From contig OZ024743.1 of NCBI GenBank assembly GCA_964016885.1, forward strand, positions 152,458,001 to 152,522,000: a stretch of 64,000 nt of DNA. The letters are read 5' to 3'. Of this stretch, positions 51,886-64,000 are shown in pieces; position 1 is the stretch's first letter, and the number at the start of each line of letters is the position of its first letter. Both the position numbers and the translations under genes were made by a program. This DNA is from Eledone cirrhosa. Its lineage: Eukaryota. The notes beneath the pieces were generated by a model. The model ran no database searches. It saw nothing but the letters and a program-made list of their open reading frames with translations, and was not told the DNA's origin.

Positions 51886-52159
51886 CTAAAAAAAAACACA
51901 CAGTCCATGCTGTAATGTGGTCGTGTAGGCACCACAGAAAAAAGCACCCAGCACTCATTGTAAATTAGGTTGGTGTTAGGAAGGGTATCCAGTCCATACA
52001 CAGTGCACAAGTGCTTAGCCAAAGAAGAAAAATAAAGAAAGGAGAGAAATAGTAAAACACAAGAGAATAAGGACTGTATTCCACCATGCAGACAAAGGAC
52101 TCTGAGGTGTAGAAAAGGTAAGAAGGGAGAACAGCGGAAAGTGTCTATCATATATACAC

Positions 52160-52555
52160 ATCATCATCATCGTTTAACGTCCATCTTCCACGCTAGCATG
52201 GGTTATACGGGAGTTGTCCCACTTTAGGCAAGATTGGTCGGGTGATCATGTCTCGCTCGTGTAGAACTCTCTAGCAGGTTTTCTACAGCTGGATGCCCTT
52301 CCTAACACCAAGCGCATTTACAGTGTGGACCGGGAGCTTTTTACCGTGTTACATACACGACCACATTATAGCATGAACTGTGCGTTTTTTTTTTGTCGTG
52401 ACACCTACACGATCTCATTAGTTTGGATTGGATGTTGTGGTACCAACATAACTTTATAGAGAAAGGGTGGTGTTGGCGGGAGTGGGAGGATGGAGTAGGG
52501 TAGTGGGTTGGGGGGCATGTTTGGTTTGGAGGGGCATACTGACTGTAGGTTCATT
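52160..52555 (-). repeat. RTE-associated short element
   Basis: (cat)n tail, gtttaacgtccatcttccacgctagcatggg, ggatgcccttcctaacacc. Confidence 0.75.
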
Positions 52556-52666
52556 TATATACACATATATATATAGCTGTATATGTTTGAAGACTGAGAG
52601 AACTGTACTCAATATCGAAGTACAGTTTTAAAATTCATTTTATTAAGGCTAAATAGTGAGTCTTCT

Positions 52667-52793
<127 letters not shown>

Positions 52794-52799
52794 AGGTTT

Positions 52800-53962
<1,163 letters not shown>

Positions 53963-53974
53963 TATGTGTATATA

Positions 53975-54298
53975 TGGCTTAGTGGTTAGAGCATTGGCCT
54001 TGCAATCAAAAGGTTGTGAATTCAATTCTCAGACCGGGCGATGTGTTGTTTCCTTGAGCAAGACACTTTATTTCACATTGCTCCAGTTTACTCAGCTGTA
54101 GAAATGAAATGATAGGGACTGGGGTCCCGATCATTCCACTGCAAAGTGGTCGTAGAGGTGTCATGGCAAAAAAGCACCCAGCACTGACTGTAAATGAGGT
54201 TGGTGTTAGGAAGGGCATCCAGCTGTAGAAATCAAGCCAGAATCAGTTCCCGTCCCACCCTTGCAAGCAGCGGAAAGCGGACGTAAAATGATGATGAT
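53975..54298 (+). repeat. tRNA-head SINE with RTE-derived body and 3' tail
   Basis: tggcttagtggttagagc..gaattcaattc head, ccttgagcaagacacttt core, tail cccttgcaagcagcggaaagcggacgtaaaatgatgatga matching the RTE 3' end. Confidence 0.8.
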
Positions 54299-54302
54299 AT
54301 AT

Positions 54303-54500
54303 ATATTTATTAAAATAACAGATTAAAGTTTAAGCAAAAAATCGCTGCTTTCACCCTTAACGGGATCTTCTGAAACTCTTTGCTTAAACTTTAATCTGTT
54401 ATTTTAATAAATATTTGCTCTACGGTTCTTATATATTTGATATATATTTATCCTTATCGAGCCCTCTTTGGATTTTAGTCTTCAAATTTATTATTATTAC
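54303..54500. repeat. Small fold-back of an HHR-like terminus
   Basis: 36-bp inverted arms across 54303-54414; minus (cAgaaga)tCCC gttaa GGGt GAAA; pieces match 16440-16503 and 16963-17011. Confidence 0.55.
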
Positions 54501-54554
54501 TATATATATATATATATATATATTAGTAAACTTGGTGGTAAACAGTTTTAGATT

Positions 54555-57299
54555 TGTGGGGCTGTCGAAATGGGACTGCTGGAAGTTGGGGATGCCTTAC
54601 CAGAAGCAGAAGTACGAGTGTGGTCACATGAAGATTCAGGGCCTATCGACTGCTTCATTTCCCTCAAGCTGTGGTTGATTGTATTGAGTGGAAATGTATT
54701 GTGCGAACATGAGTGAGAGAGGTTCTTTTATCCTCAATCGGATATAAATCACGTAGTCATTGGTACAGTGGACTGTGGATGATATGGTCCATTGTAAATT
54801 GAAGACGTAAAGTAGATTCCAACTGTTTTCAAACTGCAAGCTATTTGGGCGTTTTCTTTTTGTTTTGTCCAATTTCGGTATTCTTACTTTCGGCAGCGTT
54901 TTTTTTTTCTTTTCTTCTTGGGGTGTTATTGACTTTTTACGATATCGCAGACGATATGGTGGTGACGAAATTGAGAATGGGTAGCGAGGCAGATGTCATC
55001 GCCTGGCTGAGAAAAGTCACATTGGTTGACACACTGCAAGGTATTAAAAACGTGGCTGGCCTAATGGCTCTCTATCTCAATGGAAATTCACTAGCATTAT
55101 ACCTCGAGATGGACGAGTCAGACCAACTGAACATGGAGAAGATAGAGCAATGTCTTAAAGAAGCGCTCACCTTATGCAGCACTCGTCAAGCTAGACAAAG
55201 TGAGATGGATGGGAGAGCAGATAGACGTATTTGCAGTGGAAATACGGTGGTTGGCTATGCTAGCCGAGTTGACAGAGGAAAACTGTGAAAAAGTTACGCG
55301 GATGGTGTTCATGAACGGGTTCCCTAATGAGATTTCGCTGAGGCTCCAGCAGTTGCCGGGCAACAGAAAAATGAGCATGAGCAAGCTAATGACACAGGCC
55401 TGCGTAGTGACACAAGGCGCTGAGTGGAATTTTGCAGCGGTAGCAGCAACAGAAGCCCGTGGTAGTTCACAGCGATTGACTAATGACGAAAGGAGAAAAG
55501 CCACTGTGAATACTCGACCGCGGCCTTCAGAGGCCTGTGCTTCAGCTGTCAGGGTCTGCATATGGCAAGGGACTACTGAGATCCAAAGCCAGGAATAATC
55601 TGCTACCGATGCAAGCGGCAGTCCATATTGCCAAAAATTGCGACCAGGGAAATGGTCAAATGGGGGTCTACTTGGCTGGTAGCTACTCCTGGAAGTGAGT
55701 AGAAGCACTCGTGGACACAGACGGAATAAAACATTATGTGGTTAAAAAGTGAAATAACAACCGTAAGTGGTTAAAAAGTGAAATGGGATGACTAGTGAGA
55801 GGGCTGTCAACGACAGGTAGATTAGATGCAGAGATAGCAGTGAGGTAGAGATGGCGGTATGGGGAAGAAAAATAAGGCTCCGGATGATCATAATTGACCA
55901 TGTGGTTGATGGAATTGATGTGGTAATCGGCATGTATGGGATTGGCTGCTTAGGAGGCGTTACAGTGAGTGAAGTCGGGGCAACATTTTGTAGCGCGAAA
56001 ACATCATGGGCCGTGAGTGTGCAACAGGAGAACAGGGAGACCCACAAAGTAAACATGCTGCTAACACCATGCAGGACAAGGAGGTCAGGGCTGCGTTCAA
56101 TGGGAAACAGTGGGTAGGGTAGTTGAGAGGTACTGGAAAGAAGAACCCCCAACGCTGAAGAATAGAGTGAGCTGCTATCAGCATTCCTTGAATGGAAATG
56201 CCAGAAGTAAGTTTGGGGGAAAGGCGCAAAGATGGATCAAGGAAGGCATATTGATCCCTTGGAAGGAGGTGATAAAGAATGGAGTGTTGCCGTTAATGGC
56301 AATAGTACAACCAACGAAGAACAAGGTCAGACTGGTGTTGGAATTTCGTGAACTGAATAAATACGTGCCATGCCACACAGGTACACAGGTGGTGAGGTCA
56401 CGATTGTATGCGGGGAAACCTTGCGAGAATAGAGACAAATGCTGGGGGCCTCCATGATTGTTGACTTAAAGCAGCTACATGTGGATAAGAAGTTGTGGAA
56501 GTATCAGCTGGTCAGGTATAATAGCTAGACATACTGCCTGACCAGGCATGGTTTCGGGTTGAACTCTGCACAAAGATTATAGCGACGTTTTTCAAGGTCA
56601 TTCTGGGGAAAGTAGACAAGGTGAAGAGGTCCACCAACTCCTAAATCGATGATATCTTGGTAGATGAGACCATGGCATCAGCAAAAGAGGTCTCAAACCA
56701 CTTCGGAAGGTTCGGGTTAACCGCGAAACTGCCAGTGGCGATGGAAGGTGGAGCCGCACTGGGATTCGGGCTGCAAATAAACAAGACGGGCACACATGTA
56801 TTTTGGAGGGGGAAATGAAGTCCCAGAACTGGGCACCAACATGGATAAACGAGAACTCTTCTCAATGTTTGGGGAAATGGGGGACCACTATCCAATCGCC
56901 GTCCACCCAGGTGGATAACAGACTTTGACATGGAGTAATGTGATGGGGTGATTCATCTTTGAAGTTAGGGAGCGTGTGGGTATGTCGAGTAGGGACTGCC
57001 GGATGTTGGGGGATGCCTTACCGGAAGTGAAAGGACGAGTGAGGTCACCTGACGGTTCAGGGTCCATCAACTGTCTATTTTCCCCCAGACCGTGGTTGAG
57101 TGTAAATGTGTTGTGCGAACGTGATTGAGAGAGTTTCTGTTATCCTCAGTCAGATGTAAGTCACGTGGACAGTAGACGACTAGGTCCAGAGTAAACTGGA
57201 GAAGCAAGGTAGTTTCAACTGCTTTCAAACTACAAGATTCAAATTTGAGAGAGCACTCAGACAAGTCGGAATGTACAAAATTTGGTTAAATTCACAACA
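54555..57299 (+). mobile_element. Old, internally deleted Gypsy-like LTR retrotransposon
   Basis: Diverged LTR-like direct repeats at ~54555-54850 and ~56975-57299; gag AWLRKVTLV..LYLNGNSLALY; RT LPLMAIVQPTKNKVRLVLEFRELN, YCLTRHGFGLN, IDDILV. Confidence 0.75.
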
Positions 57300-58049
57300 T
57301 TTTCATCAGTTGAATACATGTATTTTGTCGAGGAAGTTGTTATTTTGGCATTTCTTCAATTCGACATATTGTTATGAGTGTTAGAAGTAAACTTCTATTA
57401 AAGAGTTCTTATGGAAGAGGAGAGAACCTGGGAGATTCAATTGTAACTAAGATAAGGAGAGATAACTCTTAGTTAGACTTGTGCAAAATAGAAGGAACTT
57501 GTTCGTACTTAAGGTTGGGGAATCTAGTGGACGTAAAAGATATAGTGGGGTGTTTACCTAAATTGTTTCATGGGAGCTAGTTAGATATTACAGAGGTTAG
57601 AGCATCATAGGAGGGATACTCTTTTTATTAAGTTTGGTCACCCAAGAATGTCTGTGTGAACTTCTCCATTAAATGGAGTCTTATATTGAACACGTTTTGA
57701 GTGGTGTCTAACAAGTGCTGTGAAATTGTTTAATTATTTAATTATTTAACGACAGCCAATCATATCACAATCACATATTTCAAGTGTGCTTGTGTTTTTG
57801 CCTATATATTATGCTTCAGCTAAACGAGAGTACACAATTCTATCCAACAATTTCGAAATACAGTCTGACGGTTTGAGGTGTATAAATTCTTTCTGTCACT
57901 TTGGAATTATGTTCAGTGTTTTTATTATTATATGCTCGTTTCAGTTCAACATTTCTACAGTTTGTGCTTCATTGTGTCGAAATAGAAATTTATAAGTTAC
58001 TGTTCCTTGTTCAATTACCTACATACATTGGGAAATAAACAAAACAAGA

Positions 58050-58740
58050 CAATGGTGTCGACAATAGAGCAAGGAAAATTTCTTGGCGACATAAACCTAC
58101 AGTCCATCAAAGACGCCACAACCTGGGTTCATGGCCTTTGAAGCAAATGCTTACGTGGACGGAGTGGAGGATAACCTACAAGATGGTGATCAAAGTCCTA
58201 TGGCTATGAAATTCATTTCTTTGGTCGGAAAACAGGCATTAAAGGTTGTTTGATATATCATACCCCAAAGAATATCATGAAGATGACTTACGTTGATCTC
58301 AAAACTTCGATTCTCAATCATGTTGCTCCTTCAAAGAAATTGATATTGGTCGAAAGAACAAAATCTTTCTCCACTATTCAACAGCCCAATGAGTCAATTT
58401 CTTAATTTATTTTGAATCTTCGACACGCCAGAGAAAACTGTGCTTTTGAGAGCCTGAAAACGTCTAAAAGGACAGTGACTGACAATATTATATTGTCTCA
58501 GTTAGTTATGATGAAAGAGAAAAAGTTGTTCAAGCTAATGAAGTTAGCGAATACATTTTGAAAGCTACAGTACAATTTCTACAGCGTTCTACACAAATAT
58601 CTGAATTTTAAGACAAAAGAAAGAATTTAAATGATAAATCGTGTTACCACTGTGGAAAATCCTGTAGTGATGAGGGTCACCATTATGCAGCGAATAGATG
58701 TATTCTTTGCAGGATGAAGGATAAAAAGAATGATGCAAGA
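58050..58740 (+). mobile_element. Decayed LTR-retrotransposon gag fragment
   Basis: tggcgac PBS-like site; ILVERTKSFSTIQQPNESIS.FILNLRHARENCAF; decayed zinc knuckle CYHCGK. Confidence 0.55.
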
Positions 58741-58742
58741 AT

Positions 58743-59900
58743 TGTGATGTTGTTACCAACTTTTATTTTATAATAATAAAATTCACTTGTTGGTACATCG
58801 AATACTGAGTAATAAAATCGTGACAGTAATTATCACTACATTAATTTCTTACTAGCTACTTTGAGCTAGCGTGAATGCATGTATCAAATAAAACAACACA
58901 GTAGAAGCTGTGTTGTGTTTTACAGTAGTAGAGAAATGACAGGAAGGCGAAAGAATAGATACAGTGTAGTAGGGAACAATATAAGTAAACCTACTGTGTG
59001 TGAGTGTGTTTATCCTAAGCACACGTTGTTCCTGGAGTTGGTCAATCTGTCGAGCTTAGTAGTTGTGAGAGAATAGTAGGTAGAAAACTGTCTTCATGAA
59101 GAGAAATTCATAGTATTAGTAGAACGTCCTTGTGTAGTCTGTCTTATCACTATCTCTGCTGGTGTAGTCTGTGGCCGAGAAGGTGAGAGCCTGTAAGACC
59201 AGGATAGAGAGAGAGAGAGAGAGAGAGTAAAAGGTCTGTAGACGTCTCTAGAAAACGAATGTTTTACATCGTTATTATCTCAAGGACTGCTGCTCCGTAC
59301 CCTCTGGTTCAGTTCTCAAACCGATTGTATATATAATAATACTATAGCTAGAAGGATATGTATATGATTTGATTTAGTAGTAGCCATGTGTGTTTCGTCT
59401 GTCAAGTGCCTGGGGTCACAGGTCAAATGGTGTATACATTTACCATAGTTGTCTTTTGACAGGACATTGGTGAGAATTCCTAACAATAGGTGGTTTTAGA
59501 GGTTGGAAATTTTGGATTCGATTTCGAATCTTCGCCAGGTAAAACATAGTAGAATTCTGTTACAGTACCCCCCTTCTAGTGAGAAAGCTAAACATCGAAC
59601 CATCTAGGTGTATATGAATTTAAGATAGGTATGGCTTGACGTGTGGGGTTGCTCTCAATGTGTAATTTGTATGATACTTTCCCAGTGAGTCGGGGAAGTT
59701 GTTGGTGTGTCCGTTGGAGAAACGGTGGGAACTGGTGGCAGATGAATGCTTTCCCAGTGAGTCGGGGAAGCCATGACTGGATTGAGGTTTATGCTATGAT
59801 ATGAGTGTGTGCAATTTCGAGTTGCGTGCCTGAGTGAGTTCAGGCGAGTTGAGTCCCAGTGTGGGTGAGTTTCATGTGTCGATAGCTGTTTCCATAGCTC
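58743..59900 (-). mobile_element. Probable LTR (~58743-59564) with PPT and adjacent internal remnant
   Basis: Minus agaagggggtac|TGTAACA start and ...CA end; AG-rich body; no partner LTR in the window. Confidence 0.4.
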
Positions 59901-60020
59901 AACCAGGTGAAAAGTTATCTCACAGAATCCCCATACGAATCAAGAACATACATTATAAATAAAAAAATGTTGGTGTGCAACAAAGAAATGTGTGTGCATG
60001 CAGGGATATAATACAGTAAA

Positions 60021-60200
60021 AATAATTGTTTCTACTTTAGGCACAAGGCCAGCAATTACCCAGTGCATTACTGGTACTTTATTTTATCGACCCCGTCAGG
60101 ATGAAAGGCAAAGTCAGCCTCGGCGGGATTTGAACTCAGATCGTAAAGGGACGTAACTATGCTGCAAAGCATGGCATCCGACCCTCTACCGATACTGCCA
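60021..60200 (-). repeat. tRNA-derived Nin/Deu-domain SINE
   Basis: Near-identical to 25450-25632. Confidence 0.8.
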
Positions 60201-60564
60201 ATCAACCCAGTAAAAATAATGAACGTTCATATATGCCTGCATTATGCTTAAATTCCTTATAGCAGCTTTTTTCTTTATACCAGCTTGTTTTTAAGTTTTT
60301 TAATGCCTCTAGCTGCTGATTATTAATTATATTTTATGATCATGCTTTTCACGTGCTTCTTGCTTTTTCTCTCTTATATCAATGTTAATATCTATTATTT
60401 TTGCTTTCTTTCCATATGCAGTATCCCCAGAATGTTCTTTGACAAAGTTATCTGTGTTCTAACTTTTGATTGATACTCCGATGATTTTGGCCTTGTACTT
60501 GGATGAAATGATCATTAGTAATTAAATGTTATTAAACACTCTTTGATTGTTATTTATAAAATAT

Positions 60565-60665
<101 letters not shown>

Positions 60666-60830
60666 CATATATATATATATATATATATTATACTACTATA
60701 CATACATTCATATATACATCGCTATTTTAAAGCACCAATCCTAATACCTAATCTTTGCTGGACCGGCAATCTCTCTGTATAATCAGCTCCTGATTATTAC
60801 TGGAATTCTATAAGAATCTAGCTTCTATGA

Positions 60831-60921
60831 TTTTCGGCAAAGGTGGGGAGTACGTTGCTCTGAAGATCACCAACAGTGTGAAACAGACTCTGTTAGCTTC
60901 TCTCCCTTCTTTTGCCGAAAA
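60831..60921 (+). ncRNA. Hammerhead ribozyme with extended stem I
   Basis: GCT-CTGAAGA-t-CAC caaca GTG-t-GAAACAG act CTGTT-AGC; flanks ttttcggcaaagg.ggggag / ctccct.cttttgccgaaaa extend stem I. Confidence 0.8.
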
Positions 60922-61029
60922 AAAGAAGTGACATAGTCACTACTTTAAAAATGATAGCGCAAGTCTTCAAAATGTTTTTAATTAAACATATGGTATATTG
61001 CCAAATATACTATACATACATTCATATCA

Positions 61030-61378
61030 TGATGGCGACACAGTAAAAAGGCACCCAGCCCACACTTTTTGCCATGACACCCACATGAACATTTTACACT
61101 GTAAAATGTTCATGTGGGTGTCATGGCAAAAAGTACCCAGTCCACACTGTAAGTGGTTGTGTAAGTGTCACAACAAAAAGCTCCCAGTACTTACTGTAAA
61201 TGAGGTTCACTCTAGGAAGGGCATCCAGCTATAGAAACCAAGGCCAAATCGGTTTTGTATAAGCAAGAGAAGGTCATCTAACCTGGTATTGCTCACATCT
61301 AACCCATATCAGTGTGGATAGCCCATCTAACCGATATCAGTGTGGAAACAAGGATGTTAAATGGTGATGATGATGATA
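61030..61378 (+). repeat. RTE-associated short element with a perfect internal palindrome
   Basis: 35-bp arms at 61064-61134 with a 1-nt loop; aggaagggcatccag module; (gat)n tail. Confidence 0.7.
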
Positions 61379-61393
61379 TATGCATATATAATT

Positions 61394-61504
61394 ATAAAGA
61401 TTGGGGACCCAATGGGTGAGCTTTTGCCATTTCAACAGCTAGTTCCAGTCTGGAACTAGCTGTTGAAATGGCAAGTGATCAGCTGTTGGGTCCCAAATCT
61501 TTAT
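61394..61504. repeat. Nested palindrome
   Basis: Perfect 25-bp arms at 61424-61474 with a 1-nt loop, plus imperfect outer 19-bp arms. Confidence 0.85.
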
Positions 61505-61619
61505 CATATAACCATACTCTACTACTCCAAGTATCAAGCAGTCTGTTGAGTAATGGTCTAACCAGTTTCAAACTGAATCCATCTTGATTTACATATATAT
61601 ATATATGCAACATATATAT

Positions 61620-63555
61620 GCAATGTTGAATTCCATGCGATTGATGCCAGTGAGCTGGGACTCCTACTTAAACTTACTTATAGTAATGATTATCTAGATA
61701 CGTATGACCTTAGAAACCTCTGCCCCACAAGGCCAGCAAGAGGCAGACCACCTACCATTACCTCAATGGCCAAGAAAACCCACACAGAAAGATGGAACGA
61801 GTGGACCAGAGCCATATGGACCCTCGAAAACCATGATGACCCAAACGAAAATGATTGCACATGCGGTGGGGGCCAGTATAAAACTAACCCTTAAAACATA
61901 TGCCCAAGAGGAGGGCGCAGCCAGTGGTGTTAGCATTGCAGGTGACATAGCTAACCTATTCATGGTATGGTGGGACAATAAACTTAAAGAACAATTAGAA
62001 GACAGCAACCTCTTAACCCTGATAATGAACTCTCGCTACGTTGATGATATAAACATCGTAGTAAAAACACCCCCACTAAAGAACAGTCAGGAATTAGAGC
62101 AAAACATCATGGAAAGCATCCAGCAAATAGCTAACTCCATCCACCAGTGTATTAGAGTTACTATAGACTACCCAAGCAAACACCCCAACCATCGATTACA
62201 TGTACTAGACACAGAGCACTGGTTAGAAACCATTAATAACAAAAAACAAATCCTCCATTCCCATTATGCCAAACCCATGACTTCCAAATATCTGATCCCC
62301 TGAAACTCAGCTGTTTCGGATCCCACCAAAATCAACATACTGATTGCAGATTTAGTGATGAGAAACGTGTCCTGCATGCGCAACTCCAAAGAACTAGAGA
62401 GACACATACAACACTTCATCCACCGTATGCAGTTCTCTGGTTACAATCAGAGAGATAAAATCAGAGTATATAGAGGAGCCAGAACACAAATGGGAAAAAA
62501 TGGGAAATAATGATACAAATTGGACCTGCCCCTTGTATAGGAGCAAATTTTGGAATAGAATAGAAAGAACTAGGAATAAGGTTAATAGAATAAACTCATG
62601 GTATGATAGCAATAAATACCAGAGTGTAATGTTCATCAATACAACCCCTAGAGGTAAACTAGCTTACAAATTTAGAAGGGCCCTAGATAAACTTAAACTA
62701 AATATTAAGATAGTAGAAAGACCAGGTACCTCCATAAAAACACTTATTAGTAATACATACCATTTTCAAAGACCTCCCTGTATAGATAAGAAATGTATAA
62801 TCTGTAAACTAAGCCCCCATATTAACTGCAAAACTAGAAACATAGTATATAGCATAAGATGTACTGAAGGACAATGTAAAGATAAGAATATAGTGTACAT
62901 AGGTGAGACAGCTCGTAGTATAGGAGAACGATTAAATGAACACTGGCGAGAGCTTCAAGATAGAAAAGAATCATCAGTACTCCACCAACTTGCTAGAATA
63001 GAACATAAGAGCAAATTAGAGAACAGAAATAAAAATAAAATCTAGACACAGAAAAGACGCAATGTTTAGACAAATCACAGAGGCAATAAACATAAATGAA
63101 CTCCAACCAAAATTAAATAGAAAACATGAATGGAATAGCAACATCACAACTTACAATTAAGGACAACATGAAAACACACACACATAGAACAAACAACCAA
63201 CTAGTAACATGTAAATAAACAAATAAATAAACAAATAAAAACACACACAGACGCCCGGATGTAACACATGCGCAAACTAAGCACACAACACACACAAAAA
63301 CAAGATGGCGTAGGACAGAACAAAGGAGAGACACAAAACTAAGAAAAGAATCCCCAGTCGCTGAAGAGGTCACAGAATGTGTGACGAAAGAACTTTGACA
63401 ATATATGAACAACCGTCCGGTTGTGGAACCAGCCAACCAACCGGAAATTTATAAATTTTTTAAAATTTATAATTTAATTTATAATAAATTGGAGTGAAAG
63501 CAACTGGTGCGTGTGTTTCTTATTGGCAACATGACCCTCCCAAAGTATAACAATA
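61620..63555 (+). mobile_element. Penelope-like element (second clade), 5'-truncated, with 3' pLTR
   Basis: QEEGAASG..IANLFM, RYVDDIN, HYAKPM, CIICK..NCKTRNIVYSIRC..YIGETARSIGERLNEH; 3' non-coding region with hammerhead, then (TA)n. Confidence 0.88.
63357..63399 (+). ncRNA. Minimal hammerhead ribozyme in a Penelope pLTR
   Basis: GTCG-CTGAAGA-g-GTCACA gaatg TGTGAC-GAAAG aa CTT-TGAC. Confidence 0.75.
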
Positions 63556-63594
63556 TATATATATATATAAACCTCTTATTGAAAGCCCTAGATT

Positions 63595-63950
63595 TCAGAG
63601 AATCAATTCATAAGGATAAGACTTTGATATCAAAATATTTCTGAAAGCTAGGAAGTTCCCATTGTTATATAATACAACTAACACTGGATTTAAAAGAAGA
63701 GACCTGCTGTACAATGGGGCTGAGGTCACTGATTTCAATGGCTTATTTTTCCTCAATGCCCTTAGGAAAAGGGTACACTCATAGCTCAGTCCTGTACAGA
63801 CATAATGGCCTGGCAAACTCAAGCCACATGAATGCCCACACTATGGATATATTAAAAAAATGTCTTTTCATCTGTTCTCCACCAATCTTACCAAAGTTGA
63901 AATTCTGGATATCATTCCTCCAAAGTGGTAAACATTACCCCTATAAGCAG
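63595..63950 (-). pseudogene. Possible decayed transposon-associated nuclease-like fragment
   Basis: Frameshifted IQLW..GG..KR.FNI...SLPGHYVCTG...KPLK resembles the LPGFHAFTGCD..GKxKPLK motif seen in invertebrate repeats; recognised from memory only. Confidence 0.25.
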
Positions 63951-63960
63951 CTTTTGAAGA

Positions 63961-63999
<39 letters not shown>

Positions 64000-64000
64000 G

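Noticed and set aside
53975-54050. tRNA gene
   Set aside because: The cloverleaf is imperfect and continues into a SINE body and RTE tail.

Overview
This is AT-rich, repeat-saturated eukaryotic DNA. The repeat set (RTE LINEs with (GAT)n tails, Nin-domain and other tRNA-derived SINEs, abundant (TA)n/(CA)n) looks like an octopus/cephalopod genome; that is my inference. Most ORFs in the track are transposon fragments or microsatellite noise. Recognisable elements: several RTE LINEs (a family with a PHD-like finger inside the RT, a GC-rich BovB-like copy, a Rex3-like fragment), an R4/Dong-like RLE LINE, CR1 fragments, three Penelope-like (RT+GIY-YIG) elements, a full-length Ty3/Gypsy provirus with 500-bp LTRs and a GTGT TSD nested in an RTE, older LTR remnants, a mariner relic, non-autonomous Helitrons and SINEs. 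The main unannotated signal is about a dozen type I hammerhead-ribozyme motifs (CUGANGA...GAAA...NUH) from many unrelated sequence families. Most sit in a module of HHR, AATAAA, short tail and (TA)n, often arranged as fold-back palindromes (0.1-2 kb) or partial tandem repeats. This suggests a varied population of Penelope pLTR/retrozyme-like non-autonomous elements. Two phase-compatible candidate host exons on the minus strand (21870-22008, 18554-18604) would place an intact hammerhead hairpin, in sense orientation, inside a host intron. All calls were made by eye and most element boundaries are approximate.
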